This document shows, piece by piece, positions 1-13,700 of a stretch of DNA of 64,000 bases (position 1 is its first letter; every line of letters begins with the position of its first letter). The position numbers and the translations under genes are program-made. The notes beneath the pieces were generated by a model, which was not told the origin of the DNA, did no database searches, and worked only from the letters and a program-made list of their open reading frames with translations. The DNA comes from Eledone cirrhosa (taxonomy: Eukaryota), in contig OZ024743.1 in the NCBI GenBank assembly GCA_964016885.1, positions 134,726,001 through 134,790,000 of the forward strand, written 5' to 3'.

Positions 1-327
1 TGTTTGGTGCTTGGTGTTTGGTGCTTGGTGCTTGGTGATTGGTGTTTGCTGCTTGGTGCTTGGTGTTTGGTGTTTGGTGCTTGGAGCTTGGTGTTTGGTG
101 TTTGGTGCTTGGTGCTTGGTGTTTGGTGCTTGGTGCTTGGTGTTGTTGTTTGGTGCTTGGTACTTGGTGCTTGGTGTTTGGTGTTTGGTGTTTGCTGTTT
201 GCTGTTTGGTGTTTGCTGTTTGGTGTTTGCTGTTTGGTGTTTGGTGTTTGGTGTTTGGTGTTTGGTGCTTGGTGCTTTGTTTTTGCTCTTTGGTGCTTTG
301 TGCTTGGTGTTTGGTGTTTGGTGCTTA

Positions 328-953
328 GTGCTTGGTGTTTGGTGTTTGGTGCTTGGTGCTTGGTGCTTGGTGCTTGCTGCTTGGTGCTTGGTGCCTGGTG
401 TCTGGTGTTTGGTGTTTGGTGCTTGGTGCTTCGTGCTTTGTGTTTTTTGCTTGGTGCTTGGTGATTGGTGCTTGGTGCCTGGTGTTTGGTGTTTGGTGTT
501 TGGTGCTTGGTGCTTGGTGTTTGGTATTTGGTGATTGGTGCTTCGTGTCTGGTGCTTGGTATTTGGTGCTTGGTGTTTGGTGCTTGGTGCTTGGTGCTTG
601 GTGTTTGGTGCTTGGTGCTTGGTGCTTGGTGTTTGGTGTTTGGTGCTTGGTGCTTGGTGCTTGGTGCTTGCTGCTTGGTGCTTGGTGCCTGGTGTCTGGT
701 GTTTGGTGTTTGGTGCTTGGTGCTTCGTGCTTTGTGTTTTTTGCTTGGTGCTTGGTGATTGGTGCTTGGTGCCTGGTGTTTGGTGTTTGGTGTTTGGTGC
801 TTGGTGCTTGGTGTTTGGTATTTGGTGATTGGTGCTTCGTGTCTGGTGCTTGGTATTTGGTGCTTGGTGTTTGGTGCTTGGTGCTTGGTGCTTGGTGTTT
901 GGTGCTTGGTGCTTGGTGCTTGGTGTTTGGTGTTTGGTGCTTGGTGCTTGGTG
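328..953 (+). repeat. 294-bp (42-monomer) local tandem duplication
   Basis: The rare motif CTTCGTGCTTTGTGTTTTTTGCTTGG occurs at ~429 and ~723. ORF starts 465/759 and 535/829 are offset by 294. The homologous segment at ~2100-2470 has only one copy. Confidence 0.8.
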
Positions 954-3900
954 TTTGGTATTTGGTGCTTCGTGCTTGGTGTTTGGTGATTTGTGCTTGG
1001 TGTTTGGTGCTTGGTGTCTGGTGCTTGGTGCTTGGTGTTTGGTGTTTGGTGCTTGGTGCTTGGTGTTTGGTGTTTGGTGTTTGGTGCTTGGTGCTTGGTA
1101 CTTGGTGTTTGGTGCTTGGTGCTTGGTGTTTGGTGCTTGGTGCTTGGTGTTTGGTGTTTGGTGATTGGTGCTTGGTGTTTGGTGCTTGGGGTTTGGTGCT
1201 TGGTGCTTGGTGATTGGTGTTTGGTGCTTGGAGCTTGGTATTTGGTGTTTGGTGCTTGGTGCTTGGTGTTTGGTGTTTGGTGTTTGGTGCTTGGTGCTTG
1301 GTACTTGGTGTTTTGTGTTTGGTGCTTGGTGCTTGGTGCTTGGTGCTTGGTGTTTGGTGCTTGGTGCTTGATGCTTGGTGCTTGGTGCTTGGTGTTTGGT
1401 GTTTAGTGCTTGGTGCTTGGTATTTGGTGTTTGGTGCTTGGTTCTTGGTGTTTGGTGTTTGGTGCTTGGTGCTAGGTGTTTGGTGTTTGGTGTTTGGTGC
1501 TTGGTGCTTGGTGTTTGGTGATTGGTGCTTGGTACTTGGTGTTTGGTGCTCGGTGCTTGGTGCTTGGTGTTTTGTGCTTGGTGCTTGGTGTTTGGTGCTT
1601 GGTGCTTGGTGTTTGTTGCTTGGTGCTTGGTGCTTGGTGTTTGGTGCTAGGTGCTTGGTGTTTGGTGTTTGGTGTTTGGTGCTTGGTGCTTGGTGCTTGG
1701 TGTTTGGTGCTTGGTGCTTGGTGTTTTGTGTTTGGTGCTTGGTTCTTGGTGTTTGGTGTTTGGTGATTGGTGCTTGGTGTTTGGTGCTTGGTGTTTGGTG
1801 CTTGGTGCTTGGTGATTGGTGTTTGCTGCTTGGTGCTTGGTGTTTGGTGTTTGGTGCTTGGAGCTTGGTGTTTGGTGTTTGGTGCTTGGTGCTTGGTGTT
1901 TGGTGCTTGGTGCTTGGTGTTGTTGTTTGGTGCTTGGTACTTGGTGCTTGGTGTTTGGTGTTTGGTGTTTGCTGTTTGCTGTTTGGTGTTTGCTGTTTGG
2001 TGTTTGCTGTTTGGTGTTTGGTGTTTGGTGTTTGGTGTTTGGTGCTTGGTGCTTTGTTTTTGCTCTTTGGTGCTTTGTGCTTGGTGTTTGGTGTTTGGTG
2101 CTTAGTGCTTGGTGTTTGGTGTTTGGTGCTTGGTGCTTGGTGCTTGGTGCTTGCTGCTTGGTGCTTGGTGCCTGGTGTCTGGTGTTTGGTGTTTGGTGCT
2201 TGGTGCTTCGTGCTTTGTGTTTTTTGCTTGGTGCTTGGTGATTGGTGCTTGGTGCCTGGTGTTTGGTGTTTGGTGTTTGGTGCTTGGTGCTTGGTGTTTG
2301 GTATTTGGTGATTGGTGCTTCGTGTCTGGTGCTTGGTATTTGGTGCTTGGTGTTTGGTGCTTGGTGCTTGGTGCTTGGTGTTTGGTGCTTGGTGCTTGGT
2401 GCTTGGTGTTTGGTGTTTGGTGCTTGGTGCTTGGTGTTTGGTATTTGGTGCTTCGTGCTTGGTGTTTGGTGATTTGTGCTTGGTGTTTGGTGCTTGGTGT
2501 CTGGTGCTTGGTGCTTGGTGTTTGGTGTTTGGTGCTTGGTGCTTGGTGTTTGGTGTTTGGTGTTTGGTGCTTGGTGCTTGGTACTTGGTGTTTGGTGCTT
2601 GGTGCTTGGTGCTTGGTGTTTGGTGTTTGGTGCTTGGTGCTTGGTGTTTGGTGTTTGGTGCTTCGTGCTTGGTGTTTGGTGATTGGTGCTTGGTGCTTGG
2701 TGCTTGGTGTCTGGTGCTTGGTGCTTGGTGTTTGGTGTTTGGTGCTTGGTGCTTGGTGTTTGGTGTTTGGTGTTTGGTACTTGGTGCTTGGTACTTGGTG
2801 TTTTGTGTTTGGTGCTTGGTGCTTGGTGCTTGGTGCTTGGTGTTTGGTGCTTGGTGCTTGATGCTTGGTGCTTGGTGCTTGGTGTTTGGTGTTTAGTGCT
2901 TGGTGCTTGGTATTTGGTGTTTGGCGCTTGGTGATTGGTGTTTGGTGTTTGGTGCTTGGTGTTTGGTGCTTGGTGCTTGGTGTTTGGTGTTTGGCGCTTG
3001 GTGCTTGGTGTTTTGTGCTTGGTGCTTGGTGCTTGGTGTTTGGTGTTTACTGTTTGGTGTTCGCTGTTTGGTGTTTGGTGTTTCCTGTTTGGTGTTTGGT
3101 GTTTGCGGTTTGGTGTTTGCTATTTGGTGTTTGGTGTTTGGCGTTTGAAGTTTGGCATTTGTTGTTTGTTGTTTGCTGTTTGGTGTTTGATGTTTGGTGT
3201 TTGGTGTTTGGTGTTTGCTGTTTGATGTTTGGTGATTGGTGTTTGATGTTTGGTGTTTGGTGCTTGGTGCTTGGTGCTTGGTGCTTAGTGTTTTATGTTT
3301 AGCGCTTGGTGCTTGGTGTTTTGTGCTTGGTGCTTGGTGCTTGGTGTTTGGTGCTTGGTTCTTGGTGTTTGGTGTTTGGTGATTGGTGCTTGGTGTTTGG
3401 TGCTTGGGGTTTGGTGCTTGGTGCTTGGTGATTGGTGTTTGTTGCTTGGTGCTTGGTATTTGGTGTTTGGTGCTTGGAGCTTGGTATTTGGTGTTTGGTG
3501 CTTGGTGCTTGGTGTTTGGTGTTTGGTGTTTGGTGCTTGGTGCTTGGTACTTGGTGTTTTGTGTTTGGTGCTTGGTGCTTGGTGCTTGGTGCTTGGTGTT
3601 TGGTGCTTGGTGCTTGATGCTTGGTGCTTGGTGCTTGGTTTTTGGTGTTTAGTGCTTGGTGCTTGGTATTTGGTGTTTGGTGCTTGGTTCTTGGTGTTTG
3701 GTGTTTGCTTCTTGGTGCTAGGTGTTTGGTGTTTGGTGTTTGGTGCTTGGTGCTTGGTGTTTGGTGATTGGTGCTTGGTACTTGGTGTTTGGTGCTCGGT
3801 GCTTGGTGCTTGGTGTTTTGTGCTTGGTGCTTGGTGTTTGGTGCTTGGTGCTGGGTGTTTGTTGCTTGGTGCTTGGTGCTTGGTGTTTGGTGCTAGGTGC

Positions 3901-6689
3901 TTGGTGTTTGGTGTTTGGTGTTTGGTGCTTGGTGCTTGGTGCTTGGTGTTTGGTGCTTGGTGCTTGGTGTTTTGTGTTTGGTGCTTGGTTCTTGGTGTTT
4001 GGTGTTTGGTGATTGGTGCTTGGTGTTTGGTGCTTGGTGTTTGGTGCTTGGTGCTTGGTGATTGGTGTTTGCTGCTTGGTGCTTGGTGTTTGGTGTTTGG
4101 TGCTTGGAGCTTGGTGTTTGGTGTTTGGTGCTTGGTGCTTGGTGTTTGGTGCTTGGTGCTTGGTGTTGTTGTTTGGTGCTTGGTACTTGGTGCTTGGTGT
4201 TTGGTGTTTGGTGTTTGCTGTTTGCTGTTTGGTGTTTGCTCTTTGGTGTTTGCTGTTTGGTGTTTGGTGTTTGGTGTTTGGTGTTTGGTGCTTGGTGCTT
4301 TGTTTTTGCTCTTTGGTGCTTTGTGCTTGGTGTTTGGTGTTTGGTGCTTAGTGCTTGGTGTTTGGTGTTTGGTGCTTGGTGCTTGGTGCTTGGTGCTTGC
4401 TGCTTGGTGCTTGGTGCCTGGTGTTTGGTGTTTGGTGTTTGGTGCTTGGTGCTTGGTGCTTTGTGTTTTGCTTGGTGCTTGGTGATTGGTGCTTGGTGCC
4501 TGGTGTTTGGTGTTTGGTGTTTGGTGCTTGGTGCTTGGTGTTTGGTATTTGGTGATTGGTGCTTCGTGTCTGGTGCTTGGTATTTGGTGCTTGGTTCTTG
4601 GTGCTTGGTGCTTGGTGCTTGGTGTTTGGTGCTTGGTGCTTGGTGCTTGGTATTTGGTGTTTGGTGCTTGGTGCTTGGTGTTTGGTGTTTGGTGCTTGGT
4701 GCTTGGTGTTTGGTATTTGGTGCTTCGTGCTTGGTGTTTGGTGATTGGTGCTTGGTGTTTGGTGCTTGGTGTCTGGTGCTTGGTTCTTGGTGTTTGGTGT
4801 TTGGTGCTTGGTGCTTGGTGTTTGGTGTTTCATGTTTGGTGCTTGGTGCTTGGTACTTGGTGTTTGGTGCTTGGTGCTTGGTGCTTGGTGTTTGGTGTTT
4901 GGTGCTTGGTGCTTGGTGTTTGGTGTTTGGTGCTTTGTGCTTGGTGTTTGGTGATTGGTGCTTGGTGCTTGGTGCTTGGTGTCTGGTGCTTGGTGCTTGG
5001 TGTTTGGTGTTTGGTGCTTGGTGCTTGGTGTTTGGTGTTTGGTGTTTGGTGCTTGGTGCTTGGTACTTGGTGTTTTGTGTTTGGTGCTTGGTGCTTGGTG
5101 CTTGGTGCTTGGTGTTTGGTGCTTGGTGCTTGATGCTTGGTGCTTGGTGCTTGGTGTTTGGTGTTTAGTGCTTGGTGCTTGGTATTTGGTGTTTGGCGCT
5201 TGGTGATTGGTGTTTGGTGTTTGGTGCTTGGTGTTTGGTGCTTGGTGCTTGGTGTTTGGTGTTTGGCGCTTGGTGCTTGGTGTTTTGTGCTTGGTGCTTG
5301 GTGCTTGGTGTTTGGTGTTTGCTGTTTGGTGTTCGCTGTTTTGTGTTTGGTGTTTCCTGTTTGGTGTTTGGTGTTTGCGGTTTGGTGTTTGCTATTTGGT
5401 GTTTGGTGTTTGGCGTTTGAAGTTTGGCATTTGTTGTTTGTTGTTTGCTGTTTGGTGTTTGATGTTTGGTGTTTGGTGTTTGGTGTTTGCTGTTTGATGT
5501 TTGGTGATTGGTGTTTGATGTTTGGTGTTTGGTGCTTGGTGCTTGGTGCTTGGTGCTTAGTGTTTTATGTTTAGCGCTTGGTGCTTGGTGTTTTGTGCTT
5601 GGTGCTTGGTGCTTGGTGTTTGGTGCTTGGTTCTTGGTGTTTGGTGTTTGGTGATTGGTGCTTGGTGTTTGGTGCTTGGGGTTTGGTGCTTGGTGCTTGG
5701 TGATTGGTGTTTGTTGCTTGGTGCTTGGTATTTGGTGTTTGGTGCTTGGAGCTTGGTATTTGGTGTTTGGTGCTTGGTGCTTGGTGTTTGGTGTTTGGTG
5801 TTTGGTGCTTGGTGCTTGGTACTTGGTGTTTTGTGTTTGGTGCTTGGTGCTTGGTGCTTGGTGCTTGGTGTTTGGTGCTTGGTGCTTGATGCTTGGTGCT
5901 TGGTGCTTGGTGTTTGGTGTTTAGTGCTTGGTGCTTGGTATTTGGTGTTTGGTGCTTGGTTCTTGGTGTTTGGTGTTTGGTGCTTGGTGCTAGGTGTTTG
6001 GTGTTTGGTGTTTGGTGCTTGGTGCTTGGTGTTTGGTGATTGGTGCTTGGTACTTGGTGTTTGGTGCTCGGTGCTTGGTGCTTGGTGTTTCGTGCTTGGT
6101 GCTTGGTGTTTGGTGCTTGGTGCTTGGTGTTTGTTGCTTGGTGCTTGGTGCTTGGTGTTTGGTGCTAGGTGCTTGGTGTTTGGTGTTTGGTGTTTGGTGT
6201 TTGGTGTTTGCGGTTTGGTGTTTGCTATTTGGTGTTTGGTGTTTGGCGTTTGATGTTTGGCGTTTGTTGTTTGTTTTTTGCTGTTTGGTGTTTGATGTTT
6301 GGTGTTTGGTGCTTGGTGCTTGGTGTTTTGTGCTTGGTGTTTGGTGCTTGGGGTTTGGTGCTTGGTGCTTGGTGATTGGTGTTTGGTGCTTGGTGCTTGG
6401 TGTTTGGTGTTTGGTGCTTGGAGCTTGGTGTTTGGTGTTTGGTGCTTGGTGCTTGGTGTTTGGTGCTTGGTGCTTGGTGTTGGTGTTTGGTGCTTGGTGC
6501 TTGGTGCTTGGTGTTTGGTGTTTGGTGTTTGCTGTTTGCTCTTTGGTGTTTGCTGTTTGTTGTTTGCTGTTTGGTGTTTTGTGTTTGCTGTTTGGTGTTT
6601 GGAGTTTGCCCTTTGGTGTTTGCTATTTGGTGTTTGGTGTTTGCTGTTTGGTGTTTGCTGTTTGGTGTTTGGTGTTTGGTGTTTGCTGT

Positions 6690-7180
6690 TTGGTGTTTGC
6701 TCTTTGGTGCTTTGTGCTTGGTCTTTGGTTTTTGGTGCTTGGTGCTTGGTGTTTGGTGCTTTGTGCCTGGTGTTTGGTGTTTGGTGTTTGGTGTTTGGTC
6801 CTTGGTGCTTGTTGCTTGGTGCTTGGTGTCTGGTGCTTGGTGCTTGGTGTTTGGTGTTTGGTGCTTGGTGCTTGGTGTTTGGTGTTTGGTGTTTGCTGTT
6901 TGGTGTTTGCTCTTTGGTGCTTTGTGCTTGGTCTTTGGTTTTTGGTGCTTGGTGCTTGGTGTTTGGTGCTTTGTGCCTGGTGTTTGGTGTTTGGTGTTTG
7001 GTGTTTGGTCCTTGGTGCTTGTTGCTTGGTGCTTGGTGTCTGGTGCTTGGTGCTTGGTGCTTGGTGTTTGGTGCTTTGTGCCTGGTGTTTGGTGTTTGGT
7101 GTTTGGTGTTTGGTCCTTGGTGCTTGTTGCTTGGTGCTTGGTGTCTGGTGCTTGGTGCTTGGTGCTTGGTGTTTGGTGCT
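6690..7180 (+). repeat. Nested 210-bp and 105-bp local duplications (30 and 15 monomers)
   Basis: GCTCTTTGGTGCTTTGTGCTTGGTCTTTGGTTTTTGG occurs at ~6699 and ~6909. TTTGTGCCTGG...GGTCCTTGGTGCTTGTTGC occurs at ~6760, ~6970 and ~7075. Confidence 0.75.
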
Positions 7181-10100
7181 TGGTGCTTGGTGTTTGGTGT
7201 TTGGCGTATGGTGTTTGGTGCTTGGTGCTTGGTGCTTGGTTTTTGGTGTTTGGTGCTTGGTGCTTGGTGTTTGGTGTTTGGTGATTGGTGCTTGGTGTTT
7301 GGTGCTTGGTATTTGGTGCTTGGTGCTTGGTGTTTGGTGTTTGGAGTTTGCTGTTTGGTGTTTGCTGTTTGGTGTTTTGTGTTTGCTGTTTGGTGTTTGG
7401 AGTTTGCTCTTTGGTTTTTGCTATTTGGTGTTTGGTGTTTGCTGTTTGGTGTTGGCTGTTTGGTGTTTGGTGCTTGGTGTTTGGTGTTTGGTGCTTGGTG
7501 TTTTGTTTCTGCTCTTTGGTGCTTTGGGCTTGGTGTTTGGTGTTTGGTGCTTGGAGCTTGGTGTTTGGTGTTTGGTGCTTGGTGCTTGGTGCTTGGTGTT
7601 TGGTGCTCGGTGCTTGGTGTTTGGTGTTTGGTGTTTGGTGCTTGGTGTTTGGTGTTTGGTGCTTGGTGCTTGGTGTTTGGTGTTTGGTGCTTCGTGCTTG
7701 GTGTTTGGTGATTGGTGCTTGGTGCTTGGTGCTTGGTGTCTGGTGCTTGGTGCTTGGTGTTTGGTGTTTGGTGCTTGGTGCTTGGTGTTTGGTGTTTGGT
7801 GTTTGGTGCTTGGTGCTTGGTGCTTGGTGCTTGGTGTTTGGTGCTTGGTGCTTGATGCTTGGTGCCTGTTGCTTGGTGTTTGGTGTTTAGTGCTTGGTGC
7901 TTGGTATTTGGTGTTTGGCGCTTGGTGATTGGTGTTTGGTGTTTGGTGCTTGGTGTTTGGTGCTTGGTGCTTGGTGTTTGGTGTTTGGCGCTTGGTGCTT
8001 GGTGTTTTGTGCTTGGTGCTTGGTGCTTGGTGTTTGGTGTTTGCTGTTTGGTGTTCGCTATTTGGTGTTTGCTGTTTCCTGTTTGGTGTTTGGTGTTTGC
8101 GGTTTGGTGTTTGCTATTTGGTGTTTGGTGTTTGGCGTTTGATGTTTGGCATTTGTTGTTTGTTGTTTGCTGTTTGCTGTTTGATGTCTGGTGTTTGGTG
8201 TTTGGTGTTTGCTGTTTGATGTTTGGTGATTGGTGTTTGATGTTTGGTGTTTGGTGCTTGGTGCTTGGTGCTTGTTGCTTAGTGTTTTATGTTTAGCGCT
8301 TGGTGCTTGGTGTTTTGTGCTTGGTGCTTGGTGCTTGGTGTTTGGTGCTTGGTTCTTGGTGTTTGGTGTTTGGTGATTGGTGCTTGGTGTTTGGTGCTTG
8401 GGGTTTGGTGCTTGGTGCTTGGTGATTGGTGTTTGTTGCTTGGTGCTTGGTATTTGGTGTTTGGTGCTTGGAGCTTGGTATTTGGTGTTTGGTGCTTGGT
8501 GCTTGGTGTTTGGTGTTTGGTGTTTGGTGCTTGGTGCTTGGTACTTGGTGTTTTGTGTTTGGTGCTTGGTGCTTGGTGCTTGGTGCTTGGTGTTTGGTGC
8601 TTGGTGCTTGATGCTTGGTGCTTGCTGCTTGGTGTTTGGTGTTTAGTGCTTGGTGCTTGGTATTTGGTGTTTGGTGCTTGGTTCTTGGTGTTTGGTGTTT
8701 GGTGCTTGGTGCTAGGTGTTTGGTGTTTGGTGTTTGGTGCTTGGTGCTTGGTGTTTGGTGATTGGTGCTTGGTACTTGGTGTTTGGTGCTCGGTGCTTGG
8801 TGCTTGGTGTTTTGTGCTTGGTGCTTGGTGTTTGGTGTTTGGTGCTTGGTGTTTGTTGCTTGGTGCTTGGTGCTTGGTGTTTGGTGCTAGGTGCTTGGTG
8901 TTTGGTGTTTGGTGTTTGGTGCTTGGTGCTTGGTGCTTGGTGTTTGGTGCTTGGTGCTTGGTGTTTTGTGTTTGGTGCTTGGTTCTTGGTGTTTGGTGTT
9001 TGGTGATTGGTGCTTGGTGTTTGGTGCTTGGTGTTTGGTGCTTGGTGCTTGGTGATTGGTGTTTGCTGCTTGGTGCTTGGTGTTTGGTGTTTGGTGCTTG
9101 GAGCTTGGTGTTTGGTGTTTGGTGCTTGGTGCTTGGTGTTTGGTGCTTGGTGCTTGGTGTTGTTGTTTGGTGCTTGGTACTTGGTGCTTGGTGTTTGGTG
9201 TTTGGTGTTTGCTGTTTGCTGTTTGGTGTTTGCTGTTTGGTGTTTGCTGTTTGGTGTTTGGTGTTTGGTGTTTGGTGTTTGGTGCTTGGTGCTTTGTTTT
9301 TGCTCTTTGGTGCTTTGTGCTTGGTGTTTGGTGTTTGGTGCTTAGTGCTTGGTGTTTGGTGTTTGGTGCTTGGTGCTTGGTGCTTGGTGCTTGCTGCTTG
9401 GTGCTTGGTGCCTGGTGTTTGGTGTTTGGTGTTTGGTGCTTGGTGCTTGGTGCTTTGTGTTTTTTGCTTGGTGCTTGGTGATTGGTGCTTGGTGCCTGGT
9501 GTTTGGTGTTTGGTGTTTGGTGCTTGGTGCTTGGTGTTTGGTATTTGGTGATTGGTGCTTCGTGTCTGGTGCTTGGTATTTGGTGCTTGGTGTTTGGTGC
9601 TTGGTGCTTGGTGCTTGGTGTTTGGTGCTTGGTGCTTGGTGCTTGGTGTTTGGTGTTTGGTGCTTGGTGCTTGGTGTTTGGTATTTGGTGCTTCGTGCTT
9701 GGTGTTTGGTGTTTGGTGCTTCGTGCTTGGTGTTTGGTGATTGGTGCTTGGTGCTTGGTGCTTGGTGTCTGGTGCTTGGTGCTTGGTGTTTGGTGTTTGG
9801 TGCTTGGTGCTTGGTGTTTGGTGTTTGGTGTTTGGTGCTTGGTGCTTGGTACTTGGTGTTTTGTGTTTGGTGCTTGGTGCTTGGTGCTTGGTGCTTGGTG
9901 TTTGGTGCTTGGTGCTTGATGCTTGGTGCTTGGTGCTTGGTGTTTGGTGTTTAGTGCTTGGTGCTTGGTATTTGGTTCTTGGCGCTTGGTGATTGGTGTT
10001 TGGTGTTTGGTGCTTGGTGTTTGGTGCTTGGTGCTTGGTGTTTGGTGTTTGGCGCTTGGTGCTTGGTGTTTTGTGCTTGGTGCTTGGTGCTTGGTGTTTG

Positions 10101-10749
10101 GTGTTTGCTGTTTGGTGTTCGCTGTTTGGTGTTTGGTGTTTCCTGTTTGGTGTTTGGTGTTTGCGGTTTGGTGTTTGGTGTTTGGCGTTTGAAGTTTGGC
10201 ATTTGTTGTTTGTTGTTTGCTGTTTGGTGTTTGATGTTTGGTGTTTGGTGTTTGGTGTTTGCTGTTTGATGTTTGGTGATTGGTGTTTGATGTTTGGTGT
10301 TTGGTGCTTGGTGCTTGGTGCTTGGTGCTTAGTGTTTTATGTTTAGCGCTTGGTGCTTGGTGTTTTGTGCTTGGTGCTTGGTGCTTGGTGTTTGGTGCTT
10401 GGTTCTTGGTGTTTGGTGTTTGGTGATTGGTGCTTGGTGTTTGGTGCTTGGGGTTTGGTGCTTGGTGCTTGGTGATTGGTGTTTGTTGCTTGGTGCTTGG
10501 TATTTGGTGTTTGGTGCTTGGAGCTTGGTATTTGGTGTTTGGTGCTTGGTGCTTGGTGTTTGGTGTTTGGTGTTTGGTGCTTGGTGCTTGGTACTTGGTG
10601 TTTTGTGTTTGGTGCTTGGTGCTTGGTGCTTGGTGCTTGGTGTTTGGTGCTTGGTGCTTGATGCTTGGTGATTGGTGCTTGGTGTTTGGTGTTTAGTGCT
10701 TGGTGCTTGGTATTTGGTGTTTGGTGCTTGGTTCTTGGTGTTTGGTGTT

Positions 10750-13700
10750 TGGTGCTTGGTGCTAGGTGTTTGGTGTTTGGTGTTTGGTGCTTGGTGCTTG
10801 GTGTTTGGTGATTAGTGCTTGGTACTTGGTGTTTAGTGCTCGGTGCTTGGTGCTTGGTGTTTCGTGCTTGGTGCTTGGTGTTTGGTGCTTGGTGCTTGGT
10901 GTTTGTTGCTTGGTGCTTGGTGGTTGGTGTTTGGTGCTAGGTGCTTGGTGTTTGGTGTTTGGTGTTTGGTGCTTGGTGCTTGGTGCTTGGTGTTTGGTGC
11001 TTGGTGCTTGGTGTTTTGTGTTTGGTGTTTGGTTCTTGGTGTTTGGTGTTTGGTGATTGGTGCTTGGTGTTTGGTGTTTGGCGCTTGGTGCTTGGTGTTT
11101 TGTGCTTGGTGCTTGGTGTTTGGTGTTTGCTGTTTGCTGTTCGCTGTTTGGTGTTTGGTGTTTCCTGTTTGGTGTTTGGTGTTTGCGGTTTGGTGTTTGC
11201 TATTTGGTGTTTGATGTTTGGTGTTTGGTGTTTGGTGTTTGCTGTTTGATGTTTGGTGATTGGTGTTTGATGTTTGGTGTTTGGTGCTTGGTGCTTGGTG
11301 CTTGGTGCTTAGTGTTTTATGTTTAGCGCTTGGTGCTTGGTGTTTTGTGCTTGGTGCTTGGTGCTTGGTGTTTGGTGCTTGGTTCTTGGTGTTTGGTGTT
11401 TGGTGATTGGTGCTTGGTGTTTGGTGCTTGGGGTTTGGTGCTTGGTGCTTGGTGATTGGTGCTTGGTGCTTGGTGTTTGGTGTTTGGTGTTTGGTGCTTG
11501 GTGCTTGGTACTTGGTGTTTTGTGTTTGGTGCTTGGTGCTTGGTGCTTGGTGCTTGGTGTTTGGTGCTTGGTGCTTGATGCTTGGTGCTTGGTGCTTGGT
11601 GTTTGGTGCTTAGTGCTTGGTGCTTGGTATTTGGTGTTTGGTGCTTGGTGCTTGGTGTTTGGTGTTTGGTGTTTGGTGCTTGGTGCTTGGTGTTTGGTGA
11701 TTGGTGCTTGGTACTTGGTGTTTGGTGCTCGGTGCTTGGTGCTTGGTGTTTCGTGCTTGCTGCTTGGTGTTTGGTGCTTGGTGCTTGGTGTTTGTTGCTT
11801 GGTGCTTGGTGCTTGGTGTTTGGTGCTTGGTGCTTGGTGTTTGGTGTTTGGTGTTTGGTGCTTGGTGCTTGGTGCTTGGTGCTTGGTGTTTTGTGCTTGG
11901 AGCCTGGTGTTTGGTGTTTGGTGCTTGGTGCTTGGTGTTTGGTGTTTGGTGCTTGGTGCTTGGTGTTTGGTGTTTGGTGCTTCATGCTTGGTGTTTGGTG
12001 CTTGGTGCTTGGTGTTGTTGTTTGGTGCTTGGTGCTTGGTGCTTGGTGTTTGGTGTTTGGTGTTTGCTGTTTGCTGTTTGGTGTTTGCTGTTTGGTGTTT
12101 GCTGTTTGGTGTTTGGTGTTTGGTGTTTGGTGTTTGCTGCTTGGTGCTTTGTTTTTGCTCTTTGGTGCTTTGTGCTTGGTGTTTGGTGTTTGGTGCTTAG
12201 TGCTTGGTGTTTGGTGTTTGGTGCTTGGTGCTTGGTGCTTGGTGCTTGCTGCTTGGTGCTTGGTGCCTGGTGTTTGGTGTTTGGTGTTTGGTGCTTGGTG
12301 CTTGGTGATTTGTGTTTTTTGCTTGGTGCTTGGTGATTGGTGCTTGGTGCCTGGTGTTTTGTGTTTGGTGTTTGGTGCTTGGTGCTTGGTGTTTGGAGTT
12401 TTGTGCTTGGTGCTAGGTGTTTGGTGTTTGGTGCTTGGCGTTTGCTGTTTGGCATTTGGGGTTTGGCATTTGCTGTTTGGCGTTTGGGGTTTGGCGTTTG
12501 CTTTTTGGCGTTTGCTGTTTGGTGTTTGGTGTTTGCTGTTTGCTGTTTGGTGTTTGCTGTTTGGTGTTTGCTGTTTGGTGTTTGCTGTTTGGTGTTTGCT
12601 GTTTGGTGCTTGGTGCTTGGTGTTTGGTGCATGGTGCTTGGTGCTTGGTGCTTGGTGTTTGGGGCTTGGTGCTTGGTGTTGGGTGCTTGGGACTTGGTGC
12701 TTGGTGTTTGGTGCTTGGTGTTTGGTGTTTGGTGCTTGGTGCTTGGTGTTTGGTGTTTGGTGCTTGGTATTTGCTGTTTGGTGCTTGGTGCTTGGTGTTT
12801 GGTGCTTGGTGCTTGGTGCTTGGTGTTTGGTGCTTGGTGCTTGGTGCTTGGTGCTTGATGCTTGGTGCTTGTTGCTTGGTGTTTAGTGCTTGGTGCTTGG
12901 TGTTTGGTGCTTGGTGCTTGGTGCTTGGTGTTTGGTGATTGGTGCTTGGTGTTTGGTGCTTGGTACTTGGTGGTTGGTGTTTGGTGTTTGGTGCTTGGTG
13001 CTTGGTGCTTGGTGTCTGGTGCTTGGTGCTTGGTGTTTGGTGTTTGGTGCTTGGTGCTTGGTGTTTGGTGTTTGGTGTTTGGTGCTTGGTGCTTGGTACT
13101 TGGTGTTTTGTGTTTGGTGCTTGGTGTTTGGTGCTTGGTGCTTGCTGCTTGGTGTTTGGTGTTTGGTGTTTGGTGCTTGGTGCTTGGTGTTTGGTGTTTA
13201 GTGCTTGGTGCTTGGTATTTGGTGTTTGGCGGTTGGTGATTGGTGTTTGGTGTTTGGTGCTTGGTGTTTGGTGCTTGGTGCTTGGTGTTTGGTGTTTGGC
13301 GCTTGGTGCTTGGTCTTTTGTGCTTGGTGCTTGGTGCTTGGTGTTTGGTGTTTGCTGTTTGTTGTTCGCTGTTTGGTGTTTGGTGTTTCCTGTTTGGTGT
13401 TTGGTGTTTGCGGTTTGGTGTTTGCTATTTGGTGTTTGGTGTTTGGCGTTTGATGTTTGGCATTTGTTGTTTGTTGTTTGCTGTTTGGTGTTTGATGTTT
13501 GGTGTTTGGTGTTTGGTGTTTGCTGTTTGATGTTTGGTGATTGGTGTTTGATGTTTGGTGTTTGGTGCTTGGTGCTTGGTGCTTGGTGCTTAGTGTTTTA
13601 TGTTTAGCGCTTGGTGCTTGGTGTTTTGTGCTTGGTGCTTGGTGCTTGGTGTTTGGTGCTTGGTGCTTGGTATTTGGTGTTTGGTGCTTGGTTCTTGGTG

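Larger units (their letters stand above)
1..11400 (+). repeat. Irregular ~1.8-2.7 kb higher-order repeat
   Basis: The marker AGTGTTTTATGTTTAGCGC has its ATG at 3295, 5567, 8289, 10339 and 11319 (spacings 2272, 2722, 2050, 980). Identical or near-identical ORF translations recur at 39/1816/9056, 2865/5137/7859 and 3383/5655/8377/10427. Confidence 0.8.
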